Assembly: GCA_051530055.1 (NCBI GenBank) | Contig: CM121341.1 | Coordinates: 10,022,784-10,086,783 of the forward strand | Length of the DNA: 64,000 nt | Direction: 5' to 3' | Source: Neoechinorhynchus agilis | Lineage: Eukaryota; Animalia; Acanthocephala | Program-made: the position numbers and the translations under genes | Shown: positions 40,222 to 51,523 of the stretch, piece by piece | Layout: every line of letters begins with the position of its first letter | Numbering within the stretch: the first letter of the stretch is position 1 | Notes under the pieces: model-generated | Told to the model about the DNA's origin: nothing | What the model saw: only the letters and a program-made list of their open reading frames with translations | Databases searched by the model: none

Positions 40222-41440
40222 ATGATGAATAAGCCAAAGAGCGTTAACAAAAAAAGGAATAAATATGAGTTTGGGAATTATCCTAGGTATTACGGATACC
40301 GTAATGAAAAGCAAGAGGATCCGAGACTCCGGGTGTTCAATTCGGAAATTTTCGAAGACAAAGATGTCCTTGATATTGGTTCGTGTAAATGTGATTTTCT
40401 CCGTTTTAGCTCTTATAAACAGGATGCAACTCCGGCTTATTGACGATCGCAATCGCGAAAATCTATAAGCCAAGATGTATCACAGGTATTGACATGGACC
40501 GTAAACTCATATCAATGGCACGCAAAAATCTTCTAAAACAATCAGAGTCTATCGATTCTGGTCTTAAGAACATATATTTTCGAAGGGTAAGAGCTATAAG
40601 AGATAATCTTCTAGTAATGTTGAAATTAAATCGCTTCGTTTGACTCCAGATTTTTTTATAGTTTGTGTAATTTATTATTCTTAAAATTGGATAATTTGTT
40701 AACTTATCAAAATCTTGGAGAAAAACTTTATCCGGCAAAAAATACCTAGCCGTCCTCGTCCTCAATTGTCGCCCGAATGCTTGCAATGTCGCCTCTCAAC
40801 ACGGCGACGCTGATTTTTTGAACGAGGCATTGACCTTGCATCACCACTTATAACCTGAAGGCGTCGCTCCAGATCCTTCAGAAGTTGAAGAGCCTCGCTA
40901 CCAAAAGATCCGTAGGTCTCAACCCCAAAAGGCACAAATACATGAGCCAGGGCTAAAAACCCTTTTATTTAATTTCCGAAATTTTTATCATTCTTTTTGT
41001 TGCAAAAAGGAAGATTTCATGGCCTCGATCAATGAAGAAGTCTCACCTCAATATGAATGCATTCTTGGACTGAGCATTACAAAATGGATTCAGTTGAATT
41101 GGGGAGACGATGGCATCATGAATTTCTTTAGAAAAGTATCCAATCTCCTAAAAGAAGGAGGCTGGTTTGTTCTTGAGGCTCAATCTTGGTCCAGCTATAA
41201 ACGAAGGCGATCATTGAATCAAAGAACGCGTGAGAATTATAAGAATTGTAAATTAAGACCGGAAGGTTTTTGCGATCTTATTGTTACCCATTTCGACTTT
41301 AAGAAGGAAGCAGAATATAAAGTTGATAAGGTAGCAGGTAAGTGTGTTTCGAATATTCATGATTTAAGTTTCACGATGAAGGTTTTAACCGTCCGATTTA
41401 TTTGTTCAAAAAAGTACGATGTAAAGCGAATGCGGAATAA
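40222..41440 (+). CDS. MEPCE: 7SK methylphosphate capping enzyme (MEPCE/Bin3), compact methyltransferase-only form, 4 exons
   Basis: '[11 protein letters not shown]', 'VLDIG|CNSG', 'GIDMD..LI..AR', '[15 protein letters not shown]', '[13 protein letters not shown]', '|[11 protein letters not shown]'. Introns ~40378-40421, 40587-41009, 41338-41381. Confidence 0.93.
40700..40955 (-). mobile_element. 3' fragment of a CRE-clade non-LTR retrotransposon, antisense inside MEPCE intron 2
   Basis: The minus strand reads '[37 protein letters not shown]' and, after a frameshift, '[15 protein letters not shown]'. This aligns with 'FVPFGVESYGALGGSALTLLQDLSKKLREMTGDART...QNISLAVQRGNAASV' at 50754-51203. 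Confidence 0.85.
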
Positions 41441-41529
41441 AGAACATTTTGCGATACAGGTTTTGTTTCAAACAATAACCCTTGGTCCAAAATTCACAGC
41501 TTATTCTCAAATCATAGACAATCAAATCT

Positions 41530-42666
41530 TTTTTAAAAGGATCAAATTCTGAAGAACCAAAACAAATTTGTTATATAGAAGTATTCAGCCGGTAAATAAT
41601 TTTTATATTAAAGATGTTTGGCGAACTTAGTCATGTTTATCATCAGTTTAATAAATATTAAAAGACGTCTTCAATTCAAAAAAATTATTTACCGGATATG
41701 AAGACTTTTAAACAATAATTCTAATCAATAATCCCCCATTACCTCGTTACATATCGACATTTCAAAAAAGTATATATATGAGCGTAATATACAGTCAAAT
41801 CCTTTTAAAAGGATCAAATTCTACCAAACCAAAACAAATTTGTTATTTAAAAGTCGTCACCCGGTAAGGTATTTTTGTATTAAAGACGTTCGGCGAACTT
41901 TGTCACGTTTATCATTAGTTTAATAAATATTAAAAGACGTCTTTAATTCAAAAAAAATTATTTACGGGATATGAAGACTTCTAAACAATAATTCTAATCA
42001 ATAAACCCCTTTTCCTCGTTGCATATAGAAATTTCAAATAAGGTATTAATATGAGCGTAATATATAGTCAAATCCTTTTTAAAGGATCAAATTCTACCGA
42101 ACCAAAACAAATTTGTTATTTAAAAGTCGTCACCCGGTAAGGTATTTTTGTATTAAAGACGTTCGGCGAACTTTGTCACGTTTATCATTAGTTTAATAAA
42201 TATTAACCGACGTCTTTAATTCAAAAAAATAATTTACCGGATATGAAGACTTCTAAACAATAATTCTAATCAATAATTCTAATCAATAATCCGACATTAC
42301 CTCGTTACATATAGAAATTTCAAATAAAGTATTAATATGAGCGTAATATATAGTCAAATCCTTTTTAAAGGATCAAATTCTCAAGAACTAAAACAAATTT
42401 GTTATTTAGAAGTCTTCAACCGGTAAAGTATTTTTGTATTAAAGACGTTCGGCGAACTTTGTCACGTTTATCATTAGTTTAATAAATATTAAAAGACGTC
42501 TTTAATTCAAAAGAAAAATTATTTACGGGATATGAATACTTCTAAACAATAATTTTAATCAATAAACCCCCTTTACCTCGTTCCATATAGACAATTCAAA
42601 GCAAATGTATTTATATGAGCGCAGTATACAGTCAAATCCTTTTTAAAAGGATCAAATTCTGAAGAA
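41530..42666. repeat. Tandem satellite, ~273-bp monomer with ~60-bp internal inverted arms, ~4 copies
   Basis: GGATCAAATTCT at 41539, 41811, 42084, 42370 and 42649. IRs: ...CCGGTAAATAATTTTT/AAAAATTATTTACCGG and ATTAAAGACGT/ACGTCTTTAAT. Confidence 0.95.
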
Positions 42667-45177
42667 CGATATTTGTCCATGGTCCCCGCGATCTCCGCTG
42701 TAATGGGTCTGGTTCTCCACCACAATTAACCGAACCTTTTGTGCCTGAGACCCCTCAGATCACCACTGATTCTATTTCGATACCTGATATCGTGCGGTTT
42801 CTGCCCAGGAACGTCCTGAAACGGATCCCTAAAGGCGCGCGATATCTGGTCACCAAAGCATTTACGGGATTGGTCAACGATTGCCTGCAAACGAACTGTA
42901 CACCATCATGGACACGGCTCTTCGCTTTCCCGCGCTTAGTCCTCTGCACCAGCGGTGATTCTGGGATGTCTTTGACATCAACAATCAAGGAAAGGTTAGC
43001 CTCCTTTGAACAAATATTTAACGATTTTGAAAGGAATCTCCGCGAGGTTCGTAATCGACGCACTATGGAATGGGTTTGTTGCCGTTTTTCAAAGCGATCC
43101 CTGACTGAATGTGTTTCTTCGGAGGGGCTCTTTGGTTATTGTCATCCTCCGACAGTTTCGCAAAAGGAGACAGCGAGACGCTACAAATACTCCGGTCGAA
43201 GCACCCATGTAGTAGCGGAAGTTTTGAAATTCCATCTCCTCCCATACAAGACAGGACGCCCACTCAAATTTCAGACATAAAAAAGGCCATCTCAACTTTT
43301 GCAAATGGTTCGGGTCACGGGCTTGACGGACTAGGGCCTCAGCACCTAAAGGACATGATGTCCTTTTCAACTGGTGAAGCAGCTCTCTCTCTAGAAAGTG
43401 CGCTTTCTCGAATAGTCGACCGCCTGACTGGAGAGGACCTGAACCCCATTGCAAAGGACCTATTTTTCGGAGCCTCATTGTGTGCGCTCACGAAAAAAGA
43501 AGGTGGGATCCGTCCCATCGCCGTATCTTCGACGATAAGCCGACTCGCAGGAAAAATTCTCTGCAAACGTATTACAGAGAAAACCGGACAGCAACTTCGT
43601 CCAGTCCAACTGGGCTGCTGCACATCCTGCGGGGCGGAAGCTATTGTCCACTCGCTCCGAAACTTTGCTACGAGAAGCTCAGAGCCGTGCGTGATTCTTA
43701 AGTGCGATTTTCGGAACGCCTTTAACTTTCTCAATAGAGAAAACATGTTCTGCGCAATTAGGGATCACGCACCAGAAGCCTTCCAGTATTTTCTCAATGC
43801 CTACGGGACGGCGACTCCTTTGCTTTTCGAAGACCACCTCATTTGGTCCGAAAGAGGAGTGCAGCAAGGAGATCCCCTCAGTCCAATCGCATTCTCCCTA
43901 ACAGTAAATCCAATAGCGCATTCTCTCCATTCCAGCTTCAACGCTTGGTACTTGGATGACGCTACGCTCGGAGGTGATCCCTCCGTTGTACTGCGCGATC
44001 TGGAGAAGCTGATTAGGGAGACCTCGAAGATGGGCATTGAGCTCAATGCTGGAAAATGTGAGCTCCTTGTATTGAACATTGGAGACGATGCCAAAGTCAA
44101 AGAACTAATGGCTGGGTTCGAGGCCGTAGCTCCAGGCCTGAAACTCGTGACTCGGGAACAACTCAGCCTCCTGGGCAGTTGCGTCTTCGATTAAAATGTG
44201 GAAGATGAGATCGGCCATATCATACCGAAACTTTCGTTGCTGGGCGATAGGGTGAGCGCTCTCTCGGCTCATGAACCCTTGTTTCTCATAAAGAACGCGC
44301 TCTTCATCCCCAAATTATTGTACAAGGTTCGCACAGCAACATTTTTCAAACATAAGGAAGGATTGGCTAAGCTCGACGGCAAGGTGAGGGCTTGTCTCGA
44401 GCGTATTTTAAATGTCCAGCTCTCAGATGAGGCGTGGCGACAAGCTTCTTTGCCTGTGTCATCTGGGGGATTGGGAATTCGGGCACTAGTGGACCTTGCT
44501 TTGCCGGCCTTTCTTGGATCGTTTGAGGAGAGCCTACCAGTCTCAAAGAACATTTTGAAGGAAAAGTTCTGTCTTGACCGGGAATTCGTGGTGGCGGTTG
44601 AGGAATGGTGCCAGCAAACAGGCGCTAACCATGTTCCCGTGAATGACCTCAGACAGTCGATCTGGGACGGACCTCTTGTCGCGAGAGCTCACAGCTCTCT
44701 GCTTTCCGGTTTTCGCGATGGGGTCGTCCGAGCTAGACTGTTGGCAGTTTCAACACGAGAATCTGGGGCGTGGTTGGAGGCTGTTCCTCTGGCATCAGTG
44801 GGAACTCTTCTTACTGATGAGGTAACGAGGATCGCAGTATCCTTAAGACTTGGTCTCCCGATATGCACGCCCGATCGCTGTCGATGTGGGTCTTTGGTTG
44901 ATGCTTTCGGGCGACACGGTCTCGTCTGCAGAAGGTCAGCAGTAAGGTTCTCACGCCATTCTGAAATCAATAACACAATTTCTCGGGCGTTGAGAACGGC
45001 GAACTTCCCGAACATCGTGGAACCCGCCCACCTCTGTAGACTAGACGGCCGTAGACCCGATGGAATTTCGGTCTTCCCGTGGCGGGAGGGTAAATGCCTT
45101 CTCTGGGACGCCACGTGTGTGGATACCCTCGCAGCCAGCAACATCCCCTACTCCCTCGAAATCGCCGGTGGTGCCGA
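42667..45177 (+). mobile_element. CRE-clade non-LTR retrotransposon (RT, CCHC, REL endonuclease); one frameshift, one in-frame stop, 3'-truncated
   Basis: 'IPKGAR', 'GGIRPIAV', 'QLGC..GAEAIVH', 'GVQQGDPLSP', 'WYLDDATLG', 'GGLGIR', 'CRCG...GRHGLVC...RHSEIN', 'RPDG...WDATC'. TAA at 44192-44194 lies between two same-frame ORFs. Confidence 0.92.
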
Positions 45178-45313
45178 AGGAAGCAGAATATAAAGTTGAT
45201 AAGGTAGCAGGTAAGTGTGTTTCGAATATTCATGATTTAAGTTTCACGATGAAGGTTTTAACCGTCCGATTTATTTGTTCAAAAAAGTACGATGTAAAGC
45301 GAATGCGGAATAA
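45178..45313 (+). pseudogene. Duplicated 3' end of MEPCE (end of exon 3, intron 3, exon 4)
   Basis: Matches 41305-41440 (offset 3873); the identity continues to ~46138 versus ~42265. Confidence 0.9.
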
Positions 45314-45402
45314 AGAACATTTTGCGATACAGGTTTTGTTTCAAACAATAACCCTTGGTCCAAAATTCACAGCTTATTCTCAAATCATAGACAATCAAAT
45401 CT

Positions 45403-46870
45403 TTTTTAAAAGGATCAAATTCTGAAGAACCAAAACAAATTTGTTATATAGAAGTATTCAGCCGGTAAATAATTTTTATATTAAAGATGTTTGGCGAACT
45501 TAGTCATGTTTATCATCAGTTTAATAAATATTAAAAGACGTCTTCAATTCAAAAAAATTATTTACCGGATATGAAGACTTTTAAACAATAATTCTAATCA
45601 ATAATCCCCCATTACCTCGTTACATATCGACATTTCAAAAAAGTATATATATGAGCGTAATATACAGTCAAATCCTTTTAAAAGGATCAAATTCTACCAA
45701 ACCAAAACAAATTTGTTATTTAAAAGTCGTCACCCGGTAAGGTATTTTTGTATTAAAGACGTTCGGCGAACTTTGTCACGTTTATCATTAGTTTAATAAA
45801 TATTAAAAGACGTCTTTAATTCAAAAAAAATTATTTACGGGATATGAAGACTTCTAAACAATAATTCTAATCAATAAACCCCTTTTCCTCGTTGCATATA
45901 GAAATTTCAAATAAGGTATTAATATGAGCGTAATATATAGTCAAATCCTTTTTAAAGGATCAAATTCTACCGAACCAAAACAAATTTGTTATTTAAAAGT
46001 CGTCACCCGGTAAGGTATTTTTGTATTAAAGACGTTCGGCGAACTTTGTCACGTTTATCATTAGTTTAATAAATATTAACCGACGTCTTTAATTCAAAAA
46101 AATAATTTACCGGATATGAAGACTTCTAAACAATAATTTTAATCAATAATCCCCCATTACCTCGTTACATATCGACATTTCAAAAAAAAGGATTTATATG
46201 AGCGTAATATACAATCAAATCCTTTTTAATAGTATCAAATTCTGAAGAATGAAAACAAATTTGTTATTTAGAAGTATTCAGCCGGTAAATAACTTTTGTA
46301 TTAAAGACGCTCTATGAACGTCACGCTTCGTCCTCACGTCGAGGTTCGCAGAATGTCTCTAATAAAAAATTATTTACCGACTGAAGACTTCTAAATAACA
46401 TTTGCAATGTTTATGGTTCACCAAATGGATTAAAGTCGTTTAATAAATATTAAAAGGCGCCTTTAATTCAAAAAGTTATTTACTGGCTATGAAGACTTTT
46501 AAACAATAATTTTAATCAATAATCCCCCATTACCTCGTTACATATAGACATTTCAAAAAAAGCTATTTATATGAGCGTAATGTACAGTCAAATCCTTTTT
46601 AAAAGGATCAAATTCTTAAAAACAAAACAAATTTGTTAGATAGAAGTCTTCAGCCGGTAAAGTATTTTTATATTAAAGACGTTCTCCGAACCTCGTCGGG
46701 GTCATCATCAGTTTAATAATTATTAAAGGACGAAGCTTGAGGTTCGCAGGACGTCTATAATAGAAACGTTCTTTACCGGTTGAAGACTTCTAAACAATAA
46801 TTCTAATCATTGATCACAATTTCTCCTCACATAACGACTTAAGTGTAATATACAGTCAAATCCTTTTTTG
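45403..46870. repeat. Second array of the ~273-bp hairpin satellite, ~5 copies; distal units more diverged
   Basis: Same monomer as 41530-42666; the first ~2.7 units are part of the duplicated block. Confidence 0.93.
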
Positions 46871-47133
46871 TTTAGACTAAAATGGACGCTGGAATCGACT
46901 TTATTCGCCTCATTTTCGATACTCTCTCAATAAAATGTAATGAACGTTTTTAAATATTATTTTTATGCAGGTTATCGGGAATTTGTTGTTAGCCTTCGTT
47001 TCGGCTGAAAAATATCCAGAAATATTGCCAGATCACAAACTAAATTCGCTTTTGCTGTTTTCAAGAAAATTGCAATTGTCAATAGAATGCGATTTGTGTA
47101 TTTTTGGTGATGAGAAAAATAGAGATTAATTAA

Positions 47134-47295
47134 TTCTTAATATTTCATTTGTTTCGTCCGTCTTCTTCAGGTCTAAAAGGTAGAGGAGATAAGTCAGGGT
47201 ATCCTGAGATTTAGTCTGTAATCCGCAAGCCACCCTGACCTACCTTTACCTTTTAGACCTGAAGAAGTCCGACGAAACAAACGAAATATTGAGAA
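47134..47295. mobile_element. MITE-like hairpin element (related copy at 59380-59460)
   Basis: TTCTTAATATTTCATTTGTTTCGTC..CTTCTTCAGGTCTAAAAGGTA mirrored by TACCTTTTAGACCTGAAGAAG..GACGAAACAAACGAAATATTGAGAA. Confidence 0.7.
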
Positions 47296-47549
47296 AAATA
47301 CGTAATTGCTTAAATTTATCTTTATCGCAATGAACATACAGTTAAGCTTTTTCACACTCCCCTGATTGTGCATTTTTTCCCTTTAAAATACTTTCTAAGA
47401 TGTTTCCATTTTACTGGAGCTTTCACTATATTTGTTTTTAGATAAACAATTCTAAAAAAATATAATTCAACCTACGGGCACCAAATTTCTTGAATTCAAA
47501 GATTTAAACACTAATTCTTAAATGCTTTTTCTGGCAATCCTGTTTTTAT

Positions 47550-47724
47550 TGATTCAGATTTAGGACACCCTTTCCATGGCTTTTTAGTTTTTCCTTTTTG
47601 ACATGAAGCCACACTGATTTCTTACATCATAGAAGTGATTGAATCACTTAGACTCTCATACATACGATGAAGAGTTTGTACTATTAATCCGGATCCGATG
47701 AAGGGATGCCCTAAATCTGAATTA
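47550..47724. mobile_element. MITE-like element with ~23-bp terminal inverted repeats
   Basis: GATTCAGATTTAGGACACCCTT ... AAGGGATGCCCTAAATCTGAATT. Confidence 0.55.
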
Positions 47725-47914
47725 GAGCACTAATTATACATTTGGTTTAACAAATTGGTTTATAAAAATAATGAAGCTCAGCAATTTCAAAGTTTTATCA
47801 CGTAATATTTCTTAAAAACGCGCTAAACATGAGTCCTAAACGGCATATTCTCTTCTGGAAACTTATTTCGACCGCCCTCCCCTTTGAATTTTGCTGATTT
47901 TGAGGAGCTATGCT

Positions 47915-48201
47915 CGCCGTATAGTTGTTTTGAGCCATTTTTTTTATTGGCGTGAATTATTTCAGCAATTCGGCGGTCGGAGAAGTTTTGTTTTACATCA
48001 GTGAAGTGATATAGCGGCATAGCCTCCAATGTACGGTTAAAAGTGATTCTCAGATACCTCCAGGAGGAGGGACTCATCGGTGAGTTTCCTCTCTTCAGCG
48101 GTATTTCATCCCCTTTGGTTGTGCGTCATTGGCGTTCGTTGATTCGAACCCTTTGACCCTGAAACAGGGATGCGGGCACGAATCCACTAGGCCACCTCTA
48201 C
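47915..48201 (-). mobile_element. tRNA-derived SINE, copy 1
   Basis: Minus-strand head GTAGAGGTGGCCTAGTGG (A box) ... GGGTTCGAATC (B box), shared body AACCAAAGGGGA.GAAATACCGCTGAAG.GAGGAAACTCA, A-rich tail. Confidence 0.75.
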
Positions 48202-48309
48202 ACAACTACGAAGTGTACAAACTCAGCTGACGAAATCGGTTTGCTCAACCGCATGTTTTTATCATTTGTCGCATTGTCAGCTGATTTTCTCGACCGCATG
48301 TATATATTT

Positions 48310-48567
48310 CTTTTTTTATTGATGTGAATTAACACTTTCCGCGCTCGGAGAAATTATGTTTTATACCAGAGAAGTGAACCACTTAAACTCTGATGAAACG
48401 TTAAGAGTTCCTCGGATACCTCCAGGAGGCGATACTCGTCAGTGAGTTTCCTCCCTTCAGCGGCATTTCGTCCCCTTTGGTTGCGTGTCTTCAGCGGTAA
48501 CGGATTCGAACCCTTTGACCCAACAGACTGAGATTAGAAGTTTTAGCCCACTTGACCACCTCGCTAC
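48310..48567 (-). mobile_element. tRNA-derived SINE, diverged copy 2
   Basis: Head GTAGCGAGGTGGTCAAGTGG ... GGGTTCGAATCC, same body, AATAAAAAAAG tail. Confidence 0.75.
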
Positions 48568-48761
48568 AAGGGATTTTATGCGCTTCCCGGACCCAGATCG
48601 GTGAGTTGTGTGCCCAAAGGACCGAAAAATCGTTCTCACTGAGGTTGTCACAAACAAAGGACTACTTACAACGTTGGACAACTACTGTGAAAGAAGAAGT
48701 CCGAATGTAAATGCGAAAACTGTTCGAGATGATCAGCTGAGTTTGTACACTTCGTAGTTGT

Positions 48762-49035
48762 GTAGAGGTGGCCTAGTGGACTCGTGCCTTGAATCCCTGT
48801 TTCAGGGTCAAAGGGTTCGAATCAACGATCGTCAATGACGCACAACCAAAGGGGACGAAATACCGCTGAAGGGAGGAAACTCACTGATAAACTCCGCCTC
48901 CTGGAGGTATCTGAGGATCCTGAGAGATGTACGAACTCGTGTTTATATCACTTCTCTGATATAAAACAAAATTTCTTCGACCGCCGAAAGTGCTTAAACA
49001 ATTTCACATCAATAACAAAAAGCCAAATAAAAAAT
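48762..49035 (+). mobile_element. tRNA-derived SINE, copy 3 (inverted relative to copy 1)
   Basis: GTAGAGGTGGCCTAGTGG ... GGGTTCGAATC, same body, A-rich tail at ~49010-49035. Confidence 0.75.
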
Positions 49036-49083
49036 TTCTCGTGGTGAACATATACTTTTTTTGATAATAATAATATCATCGCT

Positions 49084-49416
49084 CGGATTTAAATTGATTG
49101 ATTCCCCCGATATTTCACGTTGGATAATTTCAAAAATTATCAAGGTTTGTCATTGTTTAAATGTTTTATCCGCATGAATATTGTCGGAATCATCCGACGT
49201 GAAATATCAGTAATAAATTAATCGGTAGTTTTCTGACGTAGAAATTTCCGATATTTTGGCACAATCTTGTACGCGTTTATCAAGGTTGTAAATTAATCTA
49301 TTAGACTAGAAGAGATATAGTCTGATTTTAAAATAAAATCATTTTAATTTCTATGCCAGAAAACAACCAATATGAACAATTCAATCTTCAAAAATAAATT
49401 AATCAATTTAAATCCG
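49084..49416. repeat. Nested inverted-repeat element of a dispersed family
   Basis: Outer IR CGGATTTAAATTGATT/AATCAATTTAAATCCG; inner IR GATATTTCACGTTGGAT/ATCCGACGTGAAATATC; segments match 7835-7945. Confidence 0.55.
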
Positions 49417-49814
49417 GGGTGGTAAAACTACTAAAAGGAAGTAAAATAGATTATACAATTACAGCCATTTCAATAGAGAATTTGAATTTAAAAAATAACA
49501 TTAATTTTTAGTATCTTAAGTACGATAATAGTTTTTCGCGTTTAGTAGAAAGAGGACAATTTATAACTTCCGCTCTTAAGGTTAAACTTTACTTTGGAGA
49601 CTCGATTTCCTTGTAGCTTTTACGCGTAAATTCATTTAAATTAGCATTTTCTAAGTAACGATTTATTTTTGAATTAGAATTGATATATTCAGAAGGTTCT
49701 GCGAAATTGCCTAACTGTTTCTCTTCATAGTATGAACAAAATACTCACCTGATTTCCAGAAATTAATGACGGATCTTCCTTTTTGATGTGACCACAAAAC
49801 TGTTTTAATTTCAG

Positions 49815-50435
49815 ATGAACTCGAATCAACTCATTATTGTCCTCCAAATGCTTTACACGGTGTCATCAAATAACCATTTTACCGATTACCGATGCCGATG
49901 CATCTGTCCATCACTCACGGTTGTCCCATTGGGTCAGAACTTGACTGACACCGGACGAAGAATCTACATTGGTGCAGTTCAAAAGGAACATTGCAACTGC
50001 GAACAAGTTGTCTTTAACATTAGTATCTCTGGGAATTTGTCTCAAGATTTCCAAGGACAATTTTGTCCTCGTTGCCAATGCGATTTCGAGTTACGACGAA
50101 CTGCTACAGTTCAGACCGTCGTTGGTGCCATAATTGTGCTCGTATTATTTCTCATGACATACATGGCAATTCTCCTTTGTCTTGAACCAAACGCGGACTC
50201 CGAGACAACAGTTCATGGAGATACTTCACATGAGCAAGGATTTGAATTTACTCGACAGATTGACGATGATGAACAGCGAAATAGGTGGCTTCAAGTGGAT
50301 GATAATGCTCAATATGAGCGATATCAGTCCAGCAGACTTATTAACCGGATGAGCAGAAAGCAAACCGAGTGGCAGCAGGCAGTAGAACGGCAGCGTGAGA
50401 ATGTATTTGATGATGACGGTACCATATTTGCCTAA
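49815..50435 (+). CDS. TMEM9: TMEM9-family membrane protein, single coding exon
   Basis: 'DYRCRCICP', 'CNCEQVV', 'CPRCQCDFELR.T.TV', TM '..LMTYMAILLCLEP', C-terminal 'WQQAVERQRENVFD'. Confidence 0.9.
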   Translation: MNSNQLIIVLQMLYTVSSNNHFTDYRCRCICPSLTVVPLGQNLTDTGRRIYIGAVQKEHCNCEQVVFNISISGNLSQDFQGQFCPRCQCDFELRRTATVQTVVGAIIVLVLFLMTYMAILLCLEPNADSETTVHGDTSHEQGFEFTRQIDDDEQRNRWLQVDDNAQYERYQSSRLINRMSRKQTEWQQAVERQRENVFDDDGTIFA

Positions 50436-50699
50436 GTTTTTTATCCATTAATTAAACGAGCTAACAGTATTGCTTCGTTCGCCTTTGACGACCCAATGAG
50501 ATATTTTTGACGAAATGATATGGAAAAGAAGGGCGGTTTTGAGGACGATCTTCTGCAATCGTGTTTCTACGTTCTTGTAAATCTTTGTTTGGCTGTTAGT
50601 TTTCTTAACCTGTTCTGTACCCTTCTTCAATTTCCCATCTCATTCTTTTTCGCTCTTGTAACTCTCAAAAGCTATAATCCTTTATTTGGATTTTCGCCT

Positions 50700-51260
50700 T
50701 TGTGGCACTGATTCAATTCCGTTCCACATTTACACTGCGTAATTTCTCGGGCGTTGAAAACAGCGAACTTCACCAACATCTTGGAACCCGCCCATCTTTG
50801 TCGACCTGACGGAATTTCGGTCTTTCCGTGGCGGGAGGGCAAATACCTTCTCTGGGACGTCACTTGTGTGGACACGCTCGCAATAAGCAACATTCCGTAC
50901 TCTCTCGAAATCCCTGGAGGTGTAGCCAGTGCAGCAGAATGGAGAAAGGTACGAAAATGTAGGGATTTAGCAAGGGCCCACTATTTTGTCCCCTTCGGAG
51001 TAGAGTCGTATGGAGCGCTTGGCGGCTCGGCACTTACTTTGCTTCAAGATCTCTCGAAGAAATTGAGAGAAATGACCGGCGATGCACGAACAAGTGTATT
51101 CCTGCAACAAAATATCTCGCTCGCAGTACAACGAGGCAATGCTGCTAGCGTGATAGCGACAGCCGAGGGAGGAGAGAAGCTCCAATTTTGCGGACGGTGG
51201 TGATTGCACTTTTTGTGCTTTATTGTTGTAAAACCTAGAAAAGTTTTTCCTTTTCAATTT
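50700..51260 (+). mobile_element. 3' fragment of a CRE-clade retrotransposon (REL domain and 3' UTR)
   Basis: 'EPAHLCRPDG...WREGKYLLWDVTCVDTLA.SN...FVPFGVESYG...QRGNA'; homologous to but diverged from 44990-45177. Confidence 0.88.
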
Positions 51261-51523
51261 CTTATTACGAGGATGGGCAGTGGTGTGAAAGCTGCTAGGA
51301 TTTGGTAAGGAAATTTCTTATCTATACTCTCACAGGTTTTTAAACAGGCCTAACCATCACGATTCCATGGAAAGTATGCGCTGAAAACAATTTTTTTATA
51401 GAAATTCAACGATATTCTAAGACACAGATGCATTAAAACGCTTTCTAACAAAAACGATTTTAAGAAAAATCGAAATTGTTTATTCTCTTTAATTTATCTA
51501 TAGAATTGCGAGCACGTCATTTT

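Noticed and set aside
41019-41552. ORF-track C-terminus '[12 protein letters not shown]...KRIKF' of MEPCE
   Set aside because: Read-through of intron 41338-41381; splicing restores the conserved GFNRPIYLF end.
48860-48930. Hammerhead ribozyme in the SINE body (GAAAC and CTGATGAG-like motifs)
   Set aside because: The motifs are only 3 nt apart in an order that cannot form the three-way junction.
47915-49035. A/B-box sequences as true tRNA genes
   Set aside because: No complete cloverleaf or acceptor stem; each head runs into a shared body and A-rich tail, as in SINEs.
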